Below, piece by piece: positions 12,442-24,789 of a stretch of 64,000 nucleotides of DNA. Source of the stretch: Mobula hypostoma (lineage: Eukaryota); contig NC_086097.1 of the NCBI RefSeq assembly GCF_963921235.1, positions 165,294,001-165,358,000 on the forward strand, given 5' to 3'. The position numbers and the translations under genes are program-made. Numbering within the stretch: the stretch's first letter is position 1; each line of letters starts with the position of its first letter. The notes under the pieces are model-generated. The model was not told the origin of the DNA. It did not search any database and was given only the letters and a program-made list of their open reading frames with translations.

Positions 12442-14043
12442 CAGGTTTCCCCCCGCCATCCGAAGGTAGAGTGTTGGTATGAAACGGTTCGTAAGCGGAA
12501 ATGTCGTAAAGCGAAGAAGCAATTACCATTTATTTATATGGGAAAATTTTGTGAGCGTTCACAGACCCAAAAATAACCTACCAAATCATGCCAAATAACA
12601 CATAAAACCTAAAATAACAGTAACATATAGTAAAAGCAGGAATGATATGATAAATACACAGTCTATATAAAGTAGAAATACTTTTCCACAGTCAGTACTG
12701 AACTGTTCTCTGTAGCGAAAATCTCATGAAAGCGCCATCGGCAGAAAATCTCACGCAAGCGCTGTTGGCAAAAACACGCCGCAAGCGCTCTCCAGTAACC
12801 TTTAAGCTATGAAGCTGCCAAATCATACCAAATAACACGTAAAAATACACAGCCTATATAAAGTAGAAATAATGTATGTACAGTGTAGTATCACTTACCG
12901 GAATTGGGAAGACAGCGCCGAGCACACTGATGATGGTGTGTTAGACTGAGTCGGAGTTTGGGTGGTGCAGTGGCCCCCACCCTCCAGGCTGCCGACTGAT
13001 ACATTGCCGTGAAGCATGCAGGGGTACAGCGGTAGCCGGGAGGTACACGGCACATCTTTAAGAAAAAAGCCAAAACAAACATGGTAATTAATTAGGTGCC
13101 GCTGGGCACATAATTGTCGGCCCAGATCAGTGCCGATTTCCGATTGCGTCGTCTCTGATCTGGGCCGACAATTATGTGTCGGCGGCACCTAATTAATTAG
13201 CATGTTTATTTCGGCTTTTTTCTTAAAGATGTGCTGTGTGCCTCCCGGCTACTGCTGTATTCTCCGTGAATCAGTATCTGTCCGTGGCCTGGGGGTTGGG
13301 GTGGTGGGGCACTGGGGTGTTATCTCGTCGCCTGTTTCCATCAGAGCAGGCAGCTCATCTTCTCCTATGACTGCCCGCCTCAGATGTCAAAGGTCGAGGT
13401 TCGTCGTCTGCTGTGGCTGATGTGGAAGGCTTGCTTGACTGCTGAGCCTCGCGCATTTTTCTATCACACAGTTCTTTGTAAGGACTCAGACCATCCTGCA
13501 AATATCCCCTAAACCGACGTACCCTTTCAAAATTAAAGTCGTACTTTATCAATACTCATTCAGTTTCGATTGTTATCCTTTTTTCTTCCAATTGCATCAG
13601 CTCTATATCTGTCAGTTCTTGGTCATGAGATGCCAAAACCTCTTCAACATCATCTTCGTCAGCTTCCACAAACCAAACTCACTTTGTCCTTACTTCGTTC
13701 ACCATGATCGAAACACTTAATTATGTCTAGTTTTACGCTAAGTGTAACACCCTTACGACCTCTTGCTTTTCCGATACCATAGAACTCATCTTGCAAACGG
13801 CTGCTCACAGGCATGTGTTAAAGCAATGCCGGCAACAATGCAGTTCCGAATCCAGGGGAGAGCGGCTGCTCGGGGCGCGAGCTGCCTTTTATTGTGCGCT
13901 GATTTTTTATTGTGTGCTGCTTTTTTTTTGTAACAGTGAAAACACCTTCTGAAAGCGAAAACAGGGTACTAACAGGGTACTACAGGGTCTTTCGTAACAG
14001 TGAGGTTTCATAAAGCGAACGTTCGAAAAGCGGGGGACGCCTA
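12442..14043 (-). mobile_element. Tigger/pogo non-autonomous element, copy 2 (both ends)
   Basis: TA TSDs; ends CAGGTTTCCCCCGCCATCCGAA and TTCGAAAAGCGGGGGACGCCT; internal palindrome at about 13025-13255. Confidence 0.92.
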
Positions 14044-14497
14044 TATACTAGATTGGAAGAAATGCAAGTGAATCACTGTTGGGACTGTTTGGGTCCATAG
14101 ATGGTGGAAAAGGAAGAAGCGAAGGGACAGGTATTGCTTCTATTGTTTTTGCATGGGAAAATGTGATTAGGTGGAGAGCAGTTGTTGGGATCAAAAGAGT
14201 CAACCAGGTTGTCATAAAGGAAATGTTTGAAATGCTGAATTCTTGCTGGAATTGGTGGAAATTGCAAAGGATCATCAATTGGATATGAAGGCTGGTGGGA
14301 TGCAAGGTGAGGAATAAGAAGAGCAGTGAGAATGAAAGTGTAGGAAATAGATGAGATACAGTCAAGGGATCTGGCCACTATGGTTGAAGGAAAGCCATGG
14401 TTCAGCCAGAAAGACTGGCATAGCTTCAGCCCACAAGGGTTTCCATAGCGACACTTTTGATCTGGAAAATGAGAATGGAGTTGAAATTATTCAACTT

Positions 14498-16190
14498 TTT
14501 TTTATAATATAATTTTTATTGAGTTTTCAAAAAGAATACATGAAAGATAAAATCTACCCTCCCCCCCCTTAACCCTACCCCCCCCCTCCATATATAGTCC
14601 TACCTAAAAGGAAGAAGAGAAAAAAAAAAGAAGAGCCGCCTGGGTATTGGAAGGTTTCCACATGCTCCATGGGATTCAAAATAAATTTGGTATAATTATT
14701 CGTTACTTTCCCCAAGGGACCAAGATTTTTTTCGGAGCACTTAAATATGCCATCCTATCTTTTGTAAATAAGGGCGCCAAATATTCAAAAATGTTACATA
14801 TTTATCTCTTAAATTATAAGTAATTTTTTCGAGTGGAATAGAACTAGCCATTTCATTATTCCAACGATCCATACTTAAATACGAATCAGATTTCCAAGTA
14901 ACTGCTATAGTCTTCTTAGCTACTGCCAATGCAATTTTTATAAATTCTTTCTGATATTTATTCAATTTAAGTTTCGGCTTTATCCCTTCAATATCACCTA
15001 ATAGAAATAATACAGGGTTATGTGGAAGTTGAGTTCCAGTAATTTGTTCCAATAAGACTCTTAAATTTATCCAAAAGGGTTGAATTTTAAAACAAGACCA
15101 AGTAGGATGTAAAAAAGTACCAATTTCTTGATTACACTGAAAGCATTTATCGGATAGATTTGAATTTAATCTATTTATTTTTTGTGGTGTAATATATAAT
15201 TGGTGTAAAAAATTATATTCTACTAATCTAAGTCGAACATTTATTGTATTTGTCATACTGTCAAGACAAAGTCTTGACCAATTTGTTTCATCAATATTAA
15301 TATTCAGAGCTGTTTCCCATTTTTGCTTTGACTTATGGATTCCTTGTTTAATTGTCTGTTCTTGAATCAAATTATACATACAAGAAATAAATTTTTTAAT
15401 TTTCCCTTTTTGAATTAAAATTTCAATTTCATTAGGTTTTGGCAAAAACATTGTTTGACCCAGCTTACCTTTTAAGTAAGCCCTTAATTGAAGGTAACAA
15501 AAGAAAGTATTATTTGATATTTTATATTTATCCTTTAATTGTTCAAATGACATCAATATACCTCGTTCATAACAATCTCCTATAAATTTAATCCCTTTTT
15601 GGTACCAATTATATAAAAGTTGATTGTCCATTGTAAAAGGAGTAAGTCTGTTTTGGAACAAAGGTCTCCTTGCTAATAGAGATTTCTGTGTTTCATTATC
15701 AACATTTATCTTATTCCATAGATCAATCAAATGTGTTAATATTGGAGATTCTTTCTTTTCCCGTATCCATTTAGATTCCCATTTATATATAAAATCTTCA
15801 GGTCTATTTTCTCCTATCTTGTCTAATTCTATTTTAATCCATGCTGGTTTTCGATCATCGAAGAAAGATGCAATAAATCTAAGTTGATTTGCTTTATAAT
15901 AATTTTTAAAGTTTGGAAGTTGTAACCCTCCTAACCCAAATTTACATGTCAATTTTTCCAATGATATTCTTGACATATTACCTTTCCAAAGAAATTTTCT
16001 CACACATTTATTTAACTCTTGAAAAAATTTCTGTGGCAGTTGTATTGGTAATGTTTGAAACAAATACTGTAATCTAGGAAATATATTCATTTTTACAACA
16101 TTGACTCTACCTACTAATGTTATTGGTAGTATCATCCATTTGTCAAAATCTTCTTGAATTTTTTTCAATAGTGGTAAATAATTAATTTAC
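14498..16190 (-). mobile_element. Young 5'-truncated L1/Tx1-clade LINE with uninterrupted ORF2 C-terminal region (ORF 14741-16168, 475 aa)
   Basis: LPITLVGRVNVVKMNIFPRLQYLFQ, GGLQLPNF and C-terminal Cys/His motif (C-F-Q-C...H..WSC); poly-T at 14496-14503; 84-bp flanking direct repeat. Confidence 0.93.
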
Positions 16191-16499
16191 ACTGGCATAG
16201 CTTCAGCCCACAAGGGTTTCCATAGCGACACTTTTGATCTGGAAAATGAGAATGGAGTTGAAATGATTCAACTTGAAGGTGTTTTCAGCCAAGCAAGTAA
16301 GTGTGTGCATGTGTGTGTTTGAAGGGGAATTGATTGGCGCTTGTTCAAGAAGCTGGTTTTTAGACACTCTGTAGTATGGAGATGTAGGGTTGTTTATCTG
16401 CTGTGAAGGTGGGCCTTTTGGGACCAGGGAGTTGTCAAAGTGGCAGAGAACATCAGAAATAGTTGGTTGGCATCCATCTGTTTCAAAAGACAGTGGGTG

Positions 16500-17060
16500 A
16501 ATGTGATCATCATCACAAGCCTGGGCGAAAGGTATGGAGATCCTGAGATGCCCAGTTGTCAAGATCCTCCTCTCAGCCTCACCAGTGTCGTCCAAAGGAA
16601 AGCTAATGAAGCAATGTATTTGGCACCAGCTTGGCTGCAGGAGCAACTGGAAGGATGTTCAATGACATTCAGCCGCCTTAGGGACTCACTCTGGATTTGC
16701 TGTCTGGAGCAAATCCATAGCTTTTACTCCCGTGGCTTTCATCTCTCTAGAGGATGCCCACAAGACAGTGGGGCCATTTACCCATAGCTGGGGATCTGGT
16801 TTACGAGCAGCAAGGCGTGTCCACACACCGGTGGGCCTGCGTGCTCTGTGTGCAGGGACCAGACCTCCTCCCCGTCCTCTGTAGTTCAGCTTGACCAAAA
16901 GGAGTACAGTTTCTGTGTGTTGCCAGCGAGGACGAACTATATGAGGTTTGCTGTTGGAGAGGCTATGTACTGGCGGGGAGACACTTGCACATTCAGCTGT
17001 CCTTTTCGCAAGACTGCTAACCAGCGGTGGTAGGTGAAAGTAAGAGTGACGAACATTACT
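16500..17060 (-). mobile_element. RTE-related non-autonomous retroposon
   Basis: (cat)n tail at about 16508-16516; shares gtccaaagg...tttggcaccag...gcaggag...tttactccc blocks with 9566-10134; GC-rich relative to flanks. Confidence 0.5.
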
Positions 17061-18508
17061 CACTACACTACCACACTAGACGTGTCACAACAACCAATTT
17101 GATATCAGAAATGCAGTGGATATAAATGGGAAAGAGCTGAGGTCAGGTCAGAAGGCATAATTTTAATGGGCAAGAGCAGGCCAAAACAATGGGGCTGCCA
17201 GAACGGAGTCGTCTTTAGGATCTTGGGCAGACATTAGAAGTGGACTGTGCAGTGGTGGACCACAATTTATCTTGTTGTTCTCAGATTGTCTTCTAGCAAC
17301 AGAAAAACTGATTGCGTGGCAATGTGTCTGTCAACCAGTAAGCAAAGGAGACTCATTTAATACCATACGCATAGTTAAAGAAGGGAATCAACCCATGCTG
17401 CTTTCAAAATATGTAGTAACTTTCACTTTAAAATGATATGGTATTGTTTGATTATTTGTTTTGGCATCATCTGGAAGTGTAGAAACCTTTTAAGTATGAA
17501 AGTACTGGAGTTGTAAAGAACTTGCTGTTCTACTTTTGTTTTCAGACAGTTCCCATCAAAACGAAGTCTATCTCTATTCACTAGGTCACTAACTGTAATT
17601 AAATGTCATTTTCTGGAATGCAAAATAACAAGCCCTGAGAAGGGTGTGACTGCGCAGGTTATAAACATTTTCTTTCAGGCAAAACAATTGCTAATTAATT
17701 GTAAGTGTATCTTTATATTACATTGATACAAAATTCATACAGATATTTTTAAAAATCTGAATGTAATAGTTGACGGGGGGAGAGAGTGTGACTGAAAGCA
17801 AAATGTTAACATTTTTACTAACCATTCATTTTAAGCATGTACTACCACCCTATAAACTTACAATTATAGTGTGGGGTAATGTAGTTGGATAGATGACACA
17901 TATCGTTCATAATAGAAAATGTTCTATGTAATTCACAAACAGCAGCATTGAGTGCTTGTGTTCACTTTAAGACACAGTGTCTAACATAATGATGACTGCA
18001 TAAGGCAATTGCTTTGGTTTTGTTTGTACTGGAAGTAAAAGGCTGAGGCTTTTGTTAAGTATATAGAGTGACTCCTAAATGTCTTATTCACAAAATCCTA
18101 CATTGGTGACCTTGACACTGTCAGACAACTCCAGACTTGCTCAGCAACATGTCAACCAATGGAGTCACTTTGAAGCTGCCAGAGTTTTGGGAGCAGCACA
18201 CTGCTTCATGGTTTGCACAGCCAAACGCCAGTTCACACTGCAAGAAATTGCCACGGATAATATTAAATTTTGCTATGTAGTAGCATTGCTTAGAAGTTCC
18301 ATTGCAGCCAGAGTGATGAGTCTACTAGAAGATCCACCTGATTGTGATAAATATGTCACTCTGAAAACTGATCTATTACAGACTTTTGAGTCTTAGCGCG
18401 CCAGACGGTTGCTCTCCTTGCCCTGCCTGGGTGACACAAGGCCTTCAGAACTAATGGACCATATGCTATCTCCTGGGTAATCACCGTCCTCATTTACCTT
18501 AGTTACCA

Positions 18509-19500
18509 ACATAACTTCCACCACCACCAAGCACATCTTTTCCTCTCTCCCCACCCCCCCCTGCTTTCCGCAGGGATCGCTCTCTACGCGACTCCCTTGT
18601 CCATTCGTTCCCCCCTCAATCCCTTCCCACCGATCTCCCTCCTGGCACTTATCCTTGTAAGCGGAACAAGTGCTACACCTGCCCTTACATTTCCTCCCTC
18701 ACCACCATACAGGGCCCCAGACAGTCCTTCCAGGTAAGGCGACACTTCACCTGTGAGTCGGCTGGGATGATGCACTGTGTCCGGTGCTCCCGGTGTGGCC
18801 TTCTATATCTTGGTGAGACTCAATGCAGATTGGGAGACCGCTTCACTGAACACCTACGCTCTGTCCGCCAGAGGAAGCAGGATCTCTCAGTGGCCACACA
18901 TTTTAATTCCACGTCCCATTCCCATTCCGATATGTCATTCCATGGCCTGCTCTACTGTCGAGATGAAGCCACACTCAGGTTGGAGGAACAACACATTATA
19001 TTCTGTCTGGGTAGCCTCCAACCTGTTGGCATGAAGATTGATTGCTCTAACTTCCGTTAATGCCCCTCCTCCCCTTCTTACCCCATCCCCATTTCTAATT
19101 TATTATTTATTTATTTTAAAAATTTTCTCCTCTTTTCCTCTCACAATAACTCCTTGCCTGTTCTCCATCTTCTTCTGGTACTCCCCTCCCCCCTTTCTTT
19201 CTTCCAAGGCCTTCTGTCCTATGATACTCCCCCTTCCCCAGCCTTGTATCCCTTTTGCCAGTCAACTTCCCACCTCTTGGCTTCATCCCTCCCCCTCCTG
19301 TCTTCTCCTATTGTTTCGAGTCTCCCCTCCCCCTCCCACTTTCAAATCTCATACTATCACTTTTTTCTGTTAGTCCTGACAAAGGGTCTCGACCCGAAAC
19401 GTCGACTGTACTTCTTCCTATAGATGCTGCCTGGTCTGCTGCGTTCCACCAGCATTTTGTGTGTGTTGCTTGAATTTCCAGCATCTGCAGATTTTCTCAT
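18509..19500 (+). mobile_element. Penelope-like element 3' part: GIY-YIG endonuclease plus pseudo-LTR
   Basis: ORF 18767-19060 HCVRCSRCGLLYLGETQCRLGDRFTEH...VATHFN...RLEEQHIIFCLGSLQP.G; 7-bp TSD GTTACCA (18502-08, 19501-07). Confidence 0.9.
19372..19407 (+). ncRNA. Minimal type-I hammerhead ribozyme motif (one core substitution)
   Basis: AGTC-CTGACaA-A-GGGT(CTCG)ACCC-GAAAC-GTC-GACT: helix I AGTC/GACT, helix II GGGT/ACCC, palindromic helix III ACGT, GUC cleavage triplet; G8>A at a CpG. Confidence 0.7.
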
Positions 19501-21898
19501 GTTACCATCTTTATTTTATCTTTAAAGTACTCTTTATTGCAACAAATGCCTAATCAAGTTCACACAGCCATTGCTAATACACCAGTGATGGACAATAGTG
19601 AGCTTGCTAAAATGGCCAGTAGTCTACACTCAGCCAAGCAGAAGTGCATCATTTCTCCTCCTCTCTTTCTATCAGAAACCCCTATCAGCAGAGCCTCCAG
19701 CAGACTCATGCCGGTGGCTCCACACAAGATGTTTTTACCATGCACGCTTCAGCATGAACACCATGAAGTGCTGACTGCCATGCAGCTTTGACAGTGTCAG
19801 GACATCAGAGGTCTGTGAACACCATGGGTTCAGCTGCCAGAGTCATCTGTTGTTCATTTCAATCACCCTTTTAAAACGTTGCTTCCTCTGTGACATGGGC
19901 ACTCATGGGTGTGCTGCCATCATCGCCCATTGATATAAGGGAGAGAACAACAGCCCCTCAATGGAGGCTGCCACTGGCAACGGGATCTGGACTTACAGGT
20001 CATGATGGTCTACCACAGTGGAACAGCTTGGGTACAGCTGAGAGTCTGCCTCTGTCATTGGATACCCTCTGGTGAATTTATGACTTGTAATTTAAGAAAA
20101 CAATCTTCTGAGTTTAAAACTTAGCCTGACTTTTCCAAACCACCAGAAGTAACCTGCTGTAACTTGTCTTGCTTAAAATAAAATTAGATTTTTCAAGAAA
20201 CCTGCTTTAATGTGTGCAAACAATCCTGATTTATGAACTATGCAATACATTTTAAAAGGGCGTGGGAATAAAGGATTTGTTTTTATAATCTGAAAGCCTC
20301 ACTGATTTAGAATGTACCACAAATTCCTAATTGTCTGCACTAATCTCAGGTGACATTCCTGTGACTTGGGTGTGACCATTGAACAGAGAATAAAGCAGAT
20401 GTACATCAGAAAAAAAGGTTTCCACAGCATTATTTATTAGTGGCTGAGATAACACAGTATTCTGAACAAGGTGATTCTTTGCATTTGGTTAAAGTCAGTG
20501 ATTCACATACTGATAATAAAAATGCAAAAACAATAGGTGAGCTGCTGGAGGAACCCAGTGGCTCAGGAACTATCTGTGGAGGGAAACAGACAGTGTTTTG
20601 GGTCATCTGGACTGAAAGAGCAGAGAGAACATAGAAGTAAGGTAGAGGTTTGGGGCAGAGCTTGCAAGCAATCTTCCAATGTCTACAGTTTCTCTTGTCT
20701 CTATCAAAGCACAAAATGACTACATGAAGTAAGTTAAAATAACTATATGAAGGAACCTATAGAAGCAAGCCCTTCAGCCCATCTTGCCCATGCTGAACTA
20801 TTAATCTGCGTAGTCCCATCAACTGTACTTTCCATAGTTTTCTACTTCACCCTGTGATGTTCTGGTTTTGTTCTTTTTCTTAGAAATGTTTTTCTTTTAA
20901 TATTTTTATTGTTTTTTTAAATAAAGAGAGCATAGTATAAAGGAGGTTTTTGCAGTTCATAACAAATGTATCACATGTACAATTCACATTTATGAAAGAG
21001 ATGCACCCATAGTACAATCATGCTTTGGTTGCCTCCCTGCCCCTGACCCACCCCTCCTAATCCCCATCTTCAAGCTATCATTACATTAGCAAAAAGGGTT
21101 AGACAGAACCTTTGTCCCCACAGAGCTGCATTGGTATAGAGAGGGTGTATTTTCCTAATACATAGACTGTTGTATGTTTACAAGTCTGAGTCCGTAGAAT
21201 TTTACTGGGAAATGCTGGAGGTCAGGGATTTATGTGCAGAGGAAAGGAAGAAAGGATGAACCTTTAGTATGGCTGGGAATCCTGGAAATATTCAGGAAAG
21301 GGTCCCCACACCTTTTGGAACTTTATGTCCGGGTTGAGAATTGAATAATGGATGTTCTCAATGTAGACTGGACATGATGTCCCTGAGCCACTGAGCGTTG
21401 GTGGGCGGGGCAGCATCCCTCCACCTGAGCAAGACTGCACGCCTGGCCAACAGAGAGGCAAAAGACAGTGAGCGATATTTGGTCGGACTTAAGTGCGTGT
21501 CCCCCTCTCCTGAGATGCCGAAAAGAGCACTCAAAGGGTTAGGTTCCAAATTATAATTAAGTATTTGCGATAGAATTTGGAAAACACCTTTCCAGTATTT
21601 TTCCAAGCTAGGGCATGTCCAGTACATGTGAATAAGGGAAGCCTTGCCCCTTTTGCTTTTGTCGCAACAGGGATTAACATCTGGGTAAATGTGAGATAAT
21701 TTAGTTTTAGGCATATGGGCCCTGTGTACAACCTTGAACTGTAACAAGCAGTGGCGGGCACATAAAGAGGTTGAGTTAACTAACTTAAGAACTGAATCCC
21801 ATACATCGTCTGACAGTGAGATATTTAAATCTTGCTCCCAGGCAGTTTTAATTTTGTCTAGGGGGGCTCGCCTCAGGACCACTAGCTTGCCGCAAATA

Positions 21899-22743
21899 CA
21901 GGTCCACAATCCCTTATCCGAAATCCTTGGGGTCAGTTGCATTTCGGAATTCAGAATTTTTCGGATTTCAGACCCCCTCCCCACCCCGATACCAAAAAAC
22001 ACGTTTGCTCAAGTCCCTTAATTAACCTGTCTCAATGCGGTGGACTTTAAGACCCAGCGGCGCACCAAACCTATGCACATCCTCCCATTTACTTTAAAAC
22101 ATCTCTAGATTACTTATAATACCTGATACAATGTAAATGCTATGTAAATAATTGTTATGCTGTATTGTGTATGGAATAATGACAAGAAGAAATTTTATTT
22201 CCAACAAAAACATTCAATAAAACATAAAAATATACAGCTTCAAACGAACCGCATCAAACACATGGTAAATGACTTATCGGAATAAATGTAGAACTCAACG
22301 TCACTGTCACTGTCACTATAAAACTTCAGTAACTTGTCTTTCTGTTTATTTAAATCATATACAATGGTAGTTCCGACACTAATTTCTTCAGTAAGAGGCC
22401 ACACAGACACACCACGATCAGGCTTCTGCAATAACTCCACTTCCTGCGTTATTGATAAAGAAGATTCCTTCTCTTTTTCTCATTGTTACCCATAGGGGTA
22501 TCTGCAGCTCTTTTTGACATTTTCACAGTGAAATTAAACACAAAGTTAACAGTGAACACAAAATATCAGCGAACAGCAAATGCACGTGCAACCAGTATGA
22601 GCGCTGAGCCACAGACTGACGTCTGGCGTCCTCTGCTAGTGCTGCCACGTCACACCTGAGTGACGTCAGCTGTTGGCGAAAAAAAACTTGGGTTTTTGGA
22701 GCTTTTTGGATTTCAGAATTTCGGATAAAAGAATGTGCACCTG
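21899..22743 (-). mobile_element. Tigger/pogo-type (Zombi/Tigger4-like) deletion derivative
   Basis: TA TSDs; TIRs CAGGTCCACAATCCCTTATCCGAAAT / ATTTCGGATAAAAGAATGTGCACCTG; CENP-B-type HTH remnant VELLQKPDRGVSV...VGTTIVYDLNKQKDKLLKF. Confidence 0.85.
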
Positions 22744-22928
22744 TAGTAGATATTAGACCTTTGCGCAATGGATTCATGCAGAGAAACATATCAATAACAT
22801 TTGTGTCGGTTGCCTCAGGGAAGTTTGATATCAAAGGCTGATAAAATGTCTAATTTGCAAATATCTGAAGAAATGAGTGTTGGGTAGGTGAAACTTTGCA
22901 GACAGTTGTTCAAATGATGCAAAGCAGT

Positions 22929-24512
22929 GGCAGAATTCCACCCTGCAAAAACTCAGTTCAGGGAGGTGGCACCATCAATTTGCGAGAGACTCCCGGAACT
23001 TCCGGGAGAGGTGGGATGTCTGCAATTGAGTCGCTCCTTAGCAGCTAGCCAGCTAGTTTAAATAACATTAGTTATACTAATGAACGAATGACACCTGATA
23101 AACTCACCTCAACATGTCTTTTACAGTCTTAACCCACCATAAGCAATAGAAAAGTCATTGTTGCAAACAGTCCAGTGAGCAACACTGTCATTATTTTTGA
23201 CCCCTGTTAGGCAGGGGTACACTTCAGTGTAGTCTGTGGTGACGTATGTTTTATATTTACTTTTTTTTTGGAACACTCTGCCAAGGCGTGTGCTCTCTCT
23301 CAAAAAGATCGATTTCCAGGATATTGTACAGGTGTCCCCCGCTTTTCGAACGTTCGCTTTACAAAACCTCACTGTTACGAAAGACCTACATTAGTTACCT
23401 GTTTTCGCTAACAGAAGGTGTTTTCACTGTTAAGAAAAAAGGCAGCGCGCACCCTGAGCAGCCAAGCTCCTCCCCTGGAACTGCATTCGAGCCGGCATTG
23501 CTTAAACACGTGCCTGTGAGCAGCCGTTAGCAAGATGAGTTCTAAGGTATCGGAAAAGCCTAAAAGAGGTTGTAAGGTTGTTACACTTAGCGTAAAACTA
23601 AAGCATAATTAAGCGTTTTGATCGTGGTAAACGAAGTAAGGACAAAGTGAGTTTGGCTTGTGAAAGTTGACGAATATGATGTTGAAGAGGTTTTGGCATC
23701 CCATGACCAAGAACTGATAGATGAAGAGCTGATGCAATTGGAAGATGAAAGGATAACAATTGAAACCGAATGCAGTAGCGAACGGACCGAAAGTGAAGTC
23801 GTCCAGGAACTGAATGTGAAGCGACTGCATGAGATCTTCGCTGCAATGATTGCAGAAAAGTACGACTTTAATTTTGAAAGGGTACGTCGGTTTAGGGCAT
23901 GGTTTGAGTGCTTACAAAGAACTGTATGATAGAAAAATGCACGAGGCTAAGCAGTCAAGCTTACTGTCGTTTTTCAAGCCTTCCATATCAGCCACAGCAG
24001 ACGATGAACCTCGACCTTCGACATCGAGGCAGGCGGACATAGAAGATGACCTGCCTGCCCTGATGGAAACAGATGATGATGAGATGACACACCAGTGTCC
24101 CACCACCCCAACCCCCAGGCCGTGGACCGATACATTGCTGCGGAGAATGCAGCGGTAGCCAGGACGCACCCAACACCTTTGAGAAAAAAGCTGAAATAAA
24201 CAAGCTAATTAATTAGGTGCTGCCCGGCACGTAAATGTCGGCCAACATCAGAGGCAATTGCCAATTGCGTTGCGTCTGATCTGGGCCGACATTGACGTGC
24301 CAGGCATGATTTGGTGAACGCTGACAAATTTTTCCCATATCAATAAATGGCGATTGCTTCTTCACTTTACAACCTTCAGTCTTACGAACCGTTTCATAGG
24401 AACACTCTACCTTCGGATGGCGGGGGGAAACCTGTATATAATTTGCGGGCATCAGGGAGCCACTGTCAATATGCGGGAGATTCCTAGAACTTCCGGGACA
24501 GGTGGGATGTCT
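22929..24512. mobile_element. Unclassified DNA-type insertion hosting Tigger copy 3
   Basis: Cleanly interrupts the L1 (aaagcagt|...|cagttgtctataaa); carries an approximately 44-bp direct repeat tgcgrgaga.tcc..gaacttccggga.aggtgggatgtctgca near both ends (about 22981 and 24472). Confidence 0.55.
23329..24434 (+). mobile_element. Tigger/pogo non-autonomous element, copy 3 (internal deletion)
   Basis: TA|CAGGTGTCCCCCGC ... GGGGGAAACCTG|TA; same transposase remnant as the other copies; right half of the internal palindrome deleted. Confidence 0.92.
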
Positions 24513-24789
24513 GCAGTTGTCTATAAAAAGATCTTTAAAGCGCCTGATGCCTTTTCTATACCAGTCTTGAAATGTTGGATCATGTATAGAAGGCTGGAAG
24601 AGATGATTATATAGAATAGGAGTTGAAAGAGAGAAGCCATGGAGTCCACTCTGCTTTCTGAACTGAGCCCATACTCTCAGGGTGTGCTTGATATCAGGAT
24701 TAACAATTGGTTTTGGTGTAAGAAAAGGGAGTTCTGGTTTTTTTTTTAAATCTTCCTTTTTTCCTTGACTTTTGTTTCTCCTGGGCACT

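Larger units (their letters stand above)
11975..16450 (-). mobile_element. Old Penelope-like element body, interrupted by a Tigger (12442-14043) and an L1 (14498-16190)
   Basis: 12250-12440 and 14046-14400 resemble the reverse complement of the GIY-YIG region at 18510-19060; host sequence resumes after each insertion. Confidence 0.55.
17870..20070 (+). mobile_element. Degenerate Gypsy LTR retrotransposon remnant (LTR end, PBS, gag, protease start), interrupted by a Penelope element
   Basis: ...ctaCA T TGGTGACCTTGAC (LTR end and PBS, 18101-18116); frameshifted gag-like VTLKLPEFWEQ..SWFAQ, QFTLQEIATDNIKFCYVV, LPCLGDTRPSELMDHML, then LQQMPNQVHTAIAN; FLCDMG protease-like motif at about 19885; LTR start approximate. 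Confidence 0.7.
20890..24735 (-). mobile_element. Older L1-clade LINE ORF2 3' region, split by two DNA-element insertions
   Basis: Minus-strand pieces VWAQFRKQ...FQDWYRKGIRRFKDLFIDN (24513-24735), 22746-22928, and LLQFKVVHRAH...CCDK...SLIHMYWTCPSLEKYW...KFQKVWGPF (21264-21896); T-rich tail at about 20890-20920. Confidence 0.85.

Noticed and set aside
14741..16168. 475-aa ORF as a host gene
   Set aside because: It is the C-terminal part of L1 ORF2 in a 5'-truncated insertion with poly-A tail and TSD; no true start codon
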